This document shows, one piece after another, positions 50,101-62,100 of a stretch of 64,000 nucleotides of DNA (positions are counted from its first letter, which is position 1; every line of letters starts with the position of its first letter). Both the position numbers and the translations under genes were made by a program. Location: assembly GCF_964204645.1 (NCBI RefSeq), contig NC_134028.1, positions 7,874,001 to 7,938,000 of the forward strand, given 5' to 3'. The notes below the pieces were generated by a model. That model was not told the origin of the DNA. It worked only from the letters and a program-made list of their open reading frames with translations, and ran no database searches. The stretch comes from Tubulanus polymorphus. Its lineage: Eukaryota > Animalia > Nemertea.

Positions 50101-53100
50101 GAAAAACTGAACACACTATATGAAAATTTCCTGTCCACATATACCTCCAAGAAGTTTTCTTTCTTTGGCCCACTTAGCAGTGACAGTCTGCAATTCCTTC
50201 TCTGATGAAACCCCAACATATCTGTACCAATGAATGATACAATACACATGAAACAACTTTTATCATGTACTATGATGGCAGGCTATACGTATAGTCACTC
50301 AGAAATTACATGTTCTGTAAGTTACGCAAGATTTTTTTCTGGAAAACTACGGATAAGTTTCTGATCCAAGAGGAGGGGTGGGGGTGGCAAGAGTTGCAAA
50401 AGATTTTATTCCGGAATATTTCAGAGAGTTCTGATCTAAGAGAGGGGTGAGGGTGGCAGAATGCCGGAAGACTTTTTTACCGAAATTTCAAAGAGTTCTG
50501 AACTAAGGGTTAGTGGGACCTCGAAATGTAAACACCGTATTACGTATTGTCTCACCTAACCATATCCCCTACCTAAGCACTTCATAACTAGTTATGAAAT
50601 CTAACAACCAATATCTCAAGATTTTGAAAATGAAATACTGTTTCCAAGAGAACTGAATCGTCAGCAATAATGACCAGAGATCCCCTGGATATTTCCAAAA
50701 GGGAATCCTCCAGACTTATGTTATCCTCTGCATATCACTAGGAATCTTCCGGAATATTTCAGGAAGAAATCCGGAAATTTCAGACCTTCTGTACAGTGAA
50801 ATTTCTGGACATGACTGCACACAGTAGACCTTCTTATGTATATAGAGTAATATTGAGCAGTCATGTTAACTAGCATCTTCATGACTTAAGTCTAACCTAT
50901 TAACATCCATGCATTCTGTGAAATTAAGTGTTAATCCAGCCAGTTGTTTTATTCTAGCGGTATCATTTCTAGAAACAGTTGTCATGTACGACAGACTGTC
51001 AATCAACTCGGTCCCATCTACACCAGTTATAGACATCATAGCTGCGCCTACCATTGGGTTCGCCATCGATTTCTACAATAAATCGATTTCAAATCTTTAT
51101 GTATTTCTGACCATCATCAAAATAGATACGAGAGAATCCGATGATTACCTTGATTATATCCAGTTTTGGTCCCATGTCTGATAATTTTTCCAAATATTGA
51201 ACATTCTTATTCACTGATTTCAGCATGTCTATCAAACTGGCGAGCTCCTCGTACGTAGAATTTGCCTACAAAAATATCAAAATTAAGTTGGAACTTAAAA
51301 TCCACCTGCGTGATCAACAGCAGACACAATTAGCTAAGTTAAACTAAAGTTAAGTGAGTAATAGTAACATCCCACTAATGTCCAAGAAAAAATTTCTTGG
51401 GCGAAACGCACATGTTCTGATGAAGTATGTGAACAAATACTTACCGAAGACATAATTCTTCTTGTAAGTGGCGTATTCGGCGTGAATGCAACTTTTCCCA
51501 TCAGGAACGGCTTGAAGAATGCCCAGATAACCGGTCCAGCTGGTAAATCTCTTATGGTCTTGAATATATCAATACAGAATTCACCTTGAACGAAATCAAC
51601 AATCAATGAATAACAAACACATTATCGTTAAGCAAGCTTGTTGGGACTTAAAATCCACTTGATCTATGTGTTGTTATTGACCATAATGTAGATATATAGG
51701 AAGGGCGGTTGTGCAACAAATCAAATTTCTTCGTAGTTATGCTTAGGAAATTGATGTATATGGATGAACTTACTCTTCTTAGCATCTTTGAGAATTTTCA
51801 CTTCATTCAAATACGAATCACTCAAATTATCAGCTTTTTTCTGTTCTGCCGACTGCCCAATTTTACCGGCTACATTCATTTCATCGTTGACCGAAAACAT
51901 ATTTTCCATTCCGCACATCATTCTGCTTATTGATTTCATCGCGCCGCTCGCTGCAATCATTGACAAAATAAATGAACGCCCTAACTTGCGATATAGAGGA
52001 TTTTACGACGCTTATCATAAAAGAGTATTTCAAAGTGCCAATATCCATGATGAATATGATCAGCAACTCTTGTGCATTGGGGTTTTTACTCTTAACCTAC
52101 TTAAGTGATCTAAAATACTCTGCATTCAGCTGTCATCAGGCCACACACTCATTTGACAGTGGGTGGAGCGAAGCAATGAAGATATAAGTAAATGCTTTGC
52201 CGAGAGACATTTCATTAGAAGTGGAACATTGCCTTTAAATATTGAAATAGGCTGTCATCAGAACATTAAACTTGAAAACCGTATTTGTACCTTTTGTGAT
52301 CTCAATGTTATTAAAGACGAATTTCATTTTGTTCAGATTTGCTACAACTATACTGAAATTCGATCTATCTTACATACAACAGCAAAAAATAAATTCAAAG
52401 ACTTTGAATTAAAATCACCCGAATCCCAATTTATATTGATCATGAAAAACCTTCAAATTGAATTTTCACACTATATCACATAGATAAATAATAAAATAAA
52501 ATACATACAGCACTGGGTTCAAATCACAACCTGGCATCACACCCACACCACTACTCTGCATCATCGTTTTTCAAAAAGAAAGTTACCTGATGGTGGATCT
52601 GAGCCGATCGTACTTGTGTCAAGTGAAGGAATATCATTAGTCATATTGGCAACAGTGTACATCACTTCAGCGAGGTGCTCTTTCATCGGTTTCATTGCTT
52701 GCATCATTTCTTTCATGGATTCTGCAGAAACGTTTGATTTTCTCAACAAACCATTTATGCCCATATTCATAGCCTAAAGATACAAACACAGGTTGCATGA
52801 ATTGGAGAAAATGCTTAAACTCAGGCAGTCTGTATTCAATAGATATCAAGAACATGTTGCTAAAAGGCCGTTGACCTGAGCCCGAGGTTACGGATTCAAG
52901 ACTGGTCATAAAAACAATCTCACAACTTAATACTGCTTTGGATTTAAGACTATTTTCCGACTAAACACAAACGTAGACTTGGGTCTTGCCTGAATTTCAT
53001 TGAAACACTTTACTGGTTGCTGATTGAGAAACCTCGCTCAATCAACCATATTCTTTTTGGGATACACTGTTCAGCTTTAGCGTGATGGCTATTCTTACCG

Positions 53101-56100
53101 TTTGAATAAGACGACCGATGTCGAGATTTCTCAGAACTGTTTCCGTGATGTTGACGATCAGTTTTCGATCGATGGAGCACAAATGACGGCTGATATCCTC
53201 AATCGATAGTGTCGGTGTATTCGATACAGTTAAAATCTTTCCGAGGTTCGTAGCGTTACAAATGAGCTCATTGATGTTGGCTTTGTTGTTAGCTACGAGC
53301 ACCTAAAAATAAAACAACCACGTTATCAATATTCTCTAACAATACTGTAATTTCATGGTGAGAATCTATTTTCCCCCGAGTGTTTGACGCACAAACCTGT
53401 AGATACGAGAACGGAGCCATCATCAGAGCTTCACTGGCATTCTTAGTAAGTCCGATGCTAACCAAATAATCGGCGAAATCCTCAGGCGATTTGACGACAT
53501 CCTTCAGCGCAACTGTAAAAGTAGGAATATGGTATTTTCACCAAAATAACTTAAATTGGACCACGTTCATCTGTCATATATCATATTCCTTTTTTGGTTT
53601 TATGTTATAACACAAAGCTGCCAACGTGCATATATCAGGACGACTACCAGTATGGTAGCTTTCAGAGGGCAAACAATTCTAATCAGCGGTACAAGACAAA
53701 TACTGTGGTTGAAAGATGGGTTTGTTCGGGGACTATCGCAGTTAGTAGCTCTGTATGTAATCATATACACATCGTATGAGTATGGCTGAATGAATGTATA
53801 AGTTAGTTAGTAGAGTTTGACGTCCCAACCTCAAGTAACAGTGGGTCTTAGGAGACGACCAGGGCCTTTATAAAGGTTGCTATTGCCCTCAACCTGACTA
53901 CGTTAGCAGAGCTTATTCCATGTTATTGACAGCCAGCGCAGAGGTGGTTTCAAACCAGGCACCACCTGCTTCCCAGTCCTCCACTCAACCAACTGAGCTA
54001 ACTGCACAAGACTGAGTATATGAATGAATGAATGAATGAATGAATGAATGTACAATGTATGAATGAATGAATGTCTAAAACAATAAATACAAACCATTCA
54101 GAGGCATAAAAGTCTTGTATACGTGCAACGATTTAACACCATTGGCGAGTTTTGCCAAAATATTCATCACTCGCTTCGTCGACGGATCTTTTCCGATTTC
54201 CTCAAAAGTTTGCAACAAGGATACAATGCTGTAAGAATGATTGAATAATCAAAGGGTTTACTTCAGATTCTTGAAATTAAATCCTCAAATGGATTCTAGC
54301 TGGAGACAATATAGAGTAGCTGGCTTGGGAGATGTTTGCCGCCTACAGAAGCTCAGCTGTACTTCTACCCAGAGTCAAATTTGGCCCGTGCCTAATTAGA
54401 GAGCGTGTTCACATGCAAACCATTCACTTGATACTAAACAATGCTCAAACAAAGCAAGTCACTTCCGGAACCAGTCGCAATTCACACGTTATCATCTGAC
54501 CCATGCTAAAATTTGGCCGGGCCTGGCTTGACATTGTGTAAACAGTTGTTCAGGCCAAAAATGATTGTGTGATCATGGTTATAGACTAGGATAAAGTCAG
54601 CCAGGAGCACCTGTTCTGATGACTTCGCATACACTATAATAATCATCACTGTTAATACCTGTCAAATATTTTATCCGGTTGGTTATCCATTATGAATCGC
54701 TGAATCCTCGGCAAAATTTCCAGCGCTTTCTCCGTTGAAAAGTCGTTCAATATCGCGAACAAGTCGATCAAAGATTGGCTTCGTTTGATGATGTCACCGG
54801 CGTATTTGACGATGTCCGATATCAAGGCGACATCGGTAATCGCTAATCCCGACGATTCGAACGCCTAAAGAACGACATGAAATGAAAAATATTTATATTT
54901 TATATCTTCCCGATGATATTCCAATAGGCCACCGAAAGAATACTTACTCGGACAATAACGTATCCGATGTTGACAGCGTCGCGGAATTTGCGAATATTTG
55001 ATGTGACGTTCTCCGTACAGATCGAGTCGGTTATTTTCTTGTAGTCGACGTTTAGCAGCGGCGAGAAACTGATCGCTTTCGCCAAATTTTCCGGTTTGCA
55101 AAGCGTATCTTTCAGTGCTTCATCTGATTTGTTACCCAGGTGGCGCTTCAAGTAGAGAAAGCAATTTTGACAATCCATGTGACAATGGGTCTTGGGCTCC
55201 GAAATTACCATGCATTAGTTCCCATTGCATTTTGGATATGTGGTATCTAGGACCATTAGCTAAATTTTGTCAAGACTTATTGAACTTCGACCCCGTTCCT
55301 GAGTTATGAGGTTATCTACAAGGTCATGGAGCTCTAAGAGTTTTTAGGGCCTAGTTCCGTAACTAGGTGGCGCACTGGGCCCATTCTTTGCACTGCACAA
55401 CCAGACCACCAGACTAACGTTGCACCCAGGTTTCATCAAATTGACCCACTATTAATGAACCTAAGTAGCAGAAAGAAAGACCCACAGACTGACAGTACGA
55501 GAATAAGGGTCTCACAGAAGCCCACAAACCAAGCAATTATAAGAGACAGCAGCATATGCCTTATATCATTTACTAGTGGGTGAGGGATTAGTAATTTAGG
55601 ACAAGAAGGCAGAGGAACCATGGTGAAAATTTCCTTATCTAAATATATATCTGAAACTTACCAAATCAACAGTCACAGTTGCTCCGAGCAGAGAAAATGC
55701 AACCTCGGGTGCCAATTTCAAAGCATCCACTAGGATTTCGGAAGCTTTCGCCTCTGACGTGAATAGTTTTGCCATCTTTAAAGTCACTGATTTTTGGCTC
55801 AACAACGGACGGAGAATCATTTCAATATCCATTATATTAAGAAACTCTTTCAGCGCAGGATCGGAGAGCAGTTTTGCGACAGTAGCGCCCATTTCAAAAG
55901 CTCTGCCGATACAAAAAGAGACAGAAAATTGAAAGCACACGATTTTCAAAATCCCAACAGCAAATGATAATGACGTGGGTTGAAATAGCTACTTACGCAT
56001 CGATAGTTTTCAGGATTGAAGGTTGGGCTTGCCCGGCATGACACTGATGCACTTTCTCGAATAAATCCGATTTTGAAAAGCGTTCCACTGCGGCCACATA

Positions 56101-59100
56101 TTCCGATATCACGTTATATGTTCTTTGACATGAGAAATGTGCCGGCTTTGAGAACAAGTTTTCAAACTGAAACAAACAATAAAGTAAGAATTTTTAAACG
56201 CTTTCTAATGAAACTAACCGACTTCAACAAAATTACGGTATTGAAATCAAAATAATCATACAGATAAAGGTTTGAGTCTTAAGAATATATCTAACTGGAG
56301 GTCAATTGTCTCTGAAAGATACCTTGCGAGATATAATAAACTTTATGCAAAATTTTCACATACCCTTTTAACAGTCTCTTGTATTTTGAGTTTGTTGACA
56401 AGTTCCAATAAGCCACTAATGTTCAGGTTTTTCAGCGAGCATATTACATCAGCTATATTAGGCTCTGTGAAAAAAAGCAGTCATAATCGATTCAAACTCA
56501 CTATCACGTATGTTAATTGCCACGAATAGCAGTTTTCCATCTATTCAACAACTACCTATTATGTTCATTTTTTCAGCAAATATCTCATAAATGGTCAACG
56601 TTCCATCCGTTAAATTAGCTATCATTTCCACCATTTGCGGCGACAACATCTTAACGGTGGCCTGGCACGCGGCGTTAATGCTGAAAAATTTGTGAATTTT
56701 AATACCAATTTTCCCCAATATCAAACACTTAGGCAGGTTTTGATTGGTTTCTACCAATTCCGGAATTCCTTCTGGCATGTTCGTTTCAACCAGAATATGC
56801 TCTCCTTATTCAGGAATAGCATAGTTTGCAAACATGATAAAATGCTGGAAGAAAGTTTGTAATCCGGAATTACAATTCCTTAACCAAAATATGTTCTATC
56901 GAAACCTGCCTTACATTTTTCTTTCATCCTTCTTACAATAGTCATTACCTTTCATTATTCATAGTTTTCGTGGCATTCAGAGCGATTTCGATAGGTTTAA
57001 ACCAATTCGCTAAATCTACAGTATCAATACCAGTAGAATTCATCACCTGCGCGAATGATGTCATCCATTTCTGAAATTCCGTTACGTAATAAACGAATGG
57101 GTTTCGAGTTAAATCCGCTGGTTTCGTAATGGCAGCTGTGACCTATGCAGAAGAATGTTAAAATATTGTTACAGTAATGGACTAGAGATAGCAGTCGTCC
57201 CATGGAGAGAAATACTCGTAAATAATATGATTTCATATGGAAATTGAGATTATATGAAATGTTTCCATAAAGTGCACCCGTGTCAAATTTTCCGCGAACT
57301 TAGATGATAAGATTAATATGCACGTAAGCAATAATTCTTTTATCATAAGATACAAGTGAAATTAATCTAATCTATCGTAATAATAAGAAACACAAGGGTA
57401 TAATGAAAGCCATAGTGTTATAAAACACATGTAGAATTAGCTTAAGTTTCATTCGAAGGAATAGCATGAACCATCTTGTAAGGCTATATTTTTGCAATTA
57501 CGTACTGCATTAACGAAGTCGGTCATCCTGATAAGTTTGACAATTTTGCCGAATCTCAACGAGTCGGATTTCAACGCATTGCACATGGCTGTCTGTATGG
57601 CATCAGCACTGATGACAGAATTGTCCCCGAACAAGAATGTTTCTTGGAAAAACACAGCGTTACACATCATATTAACAGCGGCCTTCTCATTCGCCATCAA
57701 AAACTGGGAAAACTAAAATATCGAAAAATGAATGTAGCTAGTTCGAAAAATAAGCGCATCAATGCCATAAATGCAAACCGAACCAGAACTTCGGCTGTGG
57801 TTGATTTCACAAAAACCTTTTTTTTAAAAAAGAAAACCTTTTTAGCTGAAATAATTGTAATTCAATAAATCAACGCATCAGATGAATCTTACCCGTTCTG
57901 GATTCACTACCGCTGTCAACAGAGAAGCCGTATCTGATGGCGATAAGTAAGGCTTCAAGATATTAGCCAATGCAGTACTGTTAGGTAAAATTCTTGATAA
58001 GGAGATCTTCGTATGCGGACCTGTTTTAGAAGACATCTTTTAATTATCAAAACTGCGCGAAAAAACAAAACCCTTTCACAAAATGTTTTAGCTTTGGACG
58101 TATATCACGAATATCTTACCTAGTGATTTCAGTATCTTGTTAAATTGTTCATATACATTTGCCTGTATAGCAATATTTTTCTTCATTTCATTCCAGAAAT
58201 TTTCTCTTCGCAAAAATGGATCCACGTAGTTCAAATACAGAACAGCTCTGCAAAATATCATTCTTCGCTGTAAATATCATCCTTTTTCATATTTACATGA
58301 ATGACATTATGGTGAATGATAGCTTCATGATATCAAAATCCCCGTAGAATTTCTGAACGTAAAAGACCTAATACCGTGAATAAAGAGGATACCATCAATT
58401 TGGCAACGCAAATGTACTTACAGATCCCAGAATTTCTTCTGGATTAGTTCTGAGATATGAGACATAACAGGCAGGTATTTCTCCAAATCGAGCTGCCACT
58501 TTACGCCCGACGGTAGCTTGTTCAATGCGGTGAACACATCGACGATGCTCAGCAAATTCGACTTCATTTTCGCCCAATCATTCGGAGGAAGTAAACGTTT
58601 CACGATACCGTCAATGGATGAACCATTTTGAATCAAAAATTTAAAACTTAACTAGAAGAACATGAACAACAAACAATAACTTTAATAACGTCGAAAGACA
58701 AATATGTCGAACAGTTTTCAGATTTCAGTCAATATCCGTACCAATTGAACGAGGAATATGTATTCTCCCGTGTTGAATCCGGCAGATTTAAGCGCTGAAC
58801 TCCAGTTTTCACCGGGAATACCACAGATGGCAGCACTCATCGCAGTTACATTCATGTATAACGTAGCACTTAGATATGACTCGAGCGTATCCGGTTTACA
58901 TATGATATCCTGCATTGATTTCTCTTTCGCTATAACTGTGGCCTGATATGAAAAATACGATTTACGTACAACTAAGACATATATCACAAGACTACCCAGT
59001 ACTTCATTTGATTTTGATTAAATACATATACATGTAGATGAAACCATCCACATATCTTCGATTAACACTTACAGAAACTCTGTAGAAGGCTTTGTTATAA

Positions 59101-62100
59101 TCGGAGAGAGCGATCGAGTCAGGACTAAGCTGTGCAAATAGTGTGTCGACCAACTCTTTAATTGCTGTGTTGTTTGACAGGAGATTTTCGATTCTTGATG
59201 GACTTCCTAATAACGTGAAATCAGATATGGTATACAAGTCTCAAACCAGTCTAAATGAACTTTGAACCAAAAGTACAGTAGTTGGATTAAACCTGTTAGA
59301 TTTTCATTAGTCAGCAGAGGTAAAGTTTTACAAGAAATTTAAACTGGAATTTTTGGTTTATTTCCTATTGGTTATATAATGTTTGTTTAAGCTTAAACTT
59401 TTGAATGACACCAGACCCCCCCCCCCCCGTAATAATGTGCTGGTTTAAATACCTGCTTTCTCTAGAAAATACTTCGATATTTTCATACTGTCCAACACTG
59501 ATGATACTTGCAACATAATTTCTTTAAACGATGGGTCTATATTCTCATATGCAGAGCCAATTGATGCCATTAAAGACAGCAGCCTAAAATATATATGCAT
59601 TTTGCAATCTTCACAAGTTACCTTAAGTATTAGAGTTAGCTTTTCTAAATAACTCCCAGTCGTAGGTTTATTTGGTTTATTAACCAATAATTTAAACACT
59701 TTAAATTCGGTTCCAGTACTAACTACAAAATACCTTTTTGGATCCATCTTTGTAAGCTCTTGCAATGTCTCTAACCAGTTTGTCGTGTTGAATAGCATCT
59801 TCAAACTTTTGCCGATTGACGGACTACTCTGAATCATTTTCGTAATCAAATGCTGTAACTGTTGTTGGTTCATCAACATTGAAGTGAAGTTGCCATTCGG
59901 ACCCATTCGGTGAATCTGAACATAAAAATAGAAAGAACATTCGTCCTCATTAATGCAGTCGCAAATAAAAACTTGGTTAACAAATTAAGATGATCTAGCA
60001 TGATATAATGTACACTGCAATGTACACTGTCTAACCTGCATGGCGTTTCTAATTTCGAACTCGTTCTCCAATTGTTGCATGAAAGCCGGTGTTGCTAGGC
60101 GACAGATCTGTTTGTGCAGTTCTTCGATAGTAATTTTCTGTTGCATTTGGTTTGCCGGTAATTTCAACCACGAGTGGAGTGGCGTACTACACAGCCTGTC
60201 CTTCAGAGTGGACTCGTTCAAAGCGCCATTCTTGAAATCGTTCATCAGATTATAAAGCTGAAATATATTTGTAGATACACAAATATCTAATCAGTTAATT
60301 CGCGATTTACATCGATTTTGTAATCAAATTATCATCTTAGAATTCTGTATGAATCAAGCTTGAAATGTAAAATGCTTATGAAAAACGTACGAAAAGTGGG
60401 CTTATTTCTGAATTCAAAAGCACAGTAGCCGCGCGTGCGTCGAACCTCGCCACAGATGTCAAGTAGTCTCTCATTATTGTAGCACTTTTCAGCATCAATT
60501 TCAGTGTTATAGGCTCTTCTACAAAGAAAGCAAAAATTTGTTGCCATTATTTCGTACATCATCTCCCAAGTTTTGTTTACCTGCTTGTGACAGGTGTACA
60601 TGCTCATCAGAGGATGACTTACTGAGCGCCTGTTCAAGCCGAGTATTGATGAATTTCAAGTAAAAGTCTACAACATCCAATGCCTGCAGTGCAGCTCTTC
60701 CCTGCGGTGACCGCTTCAAAACTGCTGAAAGCTCATCTAAGGCTTGTCCGAACCTGCGAACAAAAGTACATACAGTCAAACCCACAATCCGGATCAGCTT
60801 AATCTGGATTTTGGTTTAATCTGGACAATATTTGCAGTCGATATGTTCATTAACATGACAATGGCTTATAATCCGGATTTCTAGTAAACTGATGAATTTT
60901 TTTGGTCCCAAATAATCTGAATTAAGCGGATTCTACTGTAGCATAATTAATAGGCTTATACTACCCTACATGCGCAGTATGCATGGATATAAGCAATGGC
61001 TTTATCCAGATACATTGTATTTTTTTGTTCCTCTGATGATGAGGTTTAGAATTAACCTTGAAACCATTAGAAAATAAACTTTTGCTTCAAATCTACTGTG
61101 GGTTTATATTTGTTAACTATGCTGAGATTTATATCAATTCTTCACTACAGTCAGATACACGCATAGTTTAGCGGTCGTCGTTCTGATGTATTTGCCAGGC
61201 AATTCCTCCCTCGATAAATGTTTAAAATCTAATCATTATTTACCTGGAACATAAATCCCTTCCCTTCTAGGTTAAAAAGCATTACCAATGAATGAGAAAT
61301 GTATACATGCTAGAGTTTAGACCCCTTCCACTGCTACGTAACAAGGAAACTTAATTTGTTGGATTTTTTGGCAACTTATCCATCCCATATAATAGCCAAT
61401 GTATACATATAATACTCACATTAGCATATCCTGCGTTGTAAATGATCTATTAAAGCGCTGTAATAGAGTCTGTATAGCAGTTTGATATCTAGTATAATCA
61501 GCCATGTTCAACAGCTGGTCACCGACGGTAGGCGGCTTTTTCAGCATTTTCATGATAAGATCGACGAGATGAGCAGAGTCCAAGACAACCTGAGTCCAAT
61601 TCAGTCTCCCTGTCGGTGGTTGTTGCAGCTGAAGATAGAGGACACATGTAGAGATTAGTACCACACATTCCGAGACTTGTAGAAACTAAGCGATATATCA
61701 ATTGAACTACTTTCACTGCCAGCTCAAGCATCTGCGCTTTCTCAAGCCGCTACAAATGCTGGTTGGAGAATGAGAGTGCCCAGCCCTGTTTGGTCATAAT
61801 AGTTCCAGTGCATATCGGGGCAAGGGGAAGGCTCCAAAAAGGGGCTCCTCCTTTCGTAAAAACTCAAAATGAATTCTCTGGGCCAGTGGTAGGTTCTCTG
61901 CAACAAGCAGCCACCCACAGGTCCAACCAGGTCGGAGACGGTTGGCCCTCCCAGGTCTCACGTCTCACGTGGTACAACTGGAAGAAATTATATGAACTTG
62001 ACGAACCCAAGCACTTAGTTCTTCAATTTCACATTTCGAATTATTTCATTCGAAAAATTGCATAGAGTGGATCCTTACACAGACAAAGGATCTGAACATT

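Noticed and set aside
48853-50510. Repeats that might suggest a CRISPR-like array
   Set aside because: Eukaryotic intron; there are no unique spacers, only tandem duplications.
53930-54006. tRNA-like sequence on the minus strand
   Set aside because: No good cloverleaf and it continues into a SINE body and tail; a similar head fragment lies near 62610-62640.
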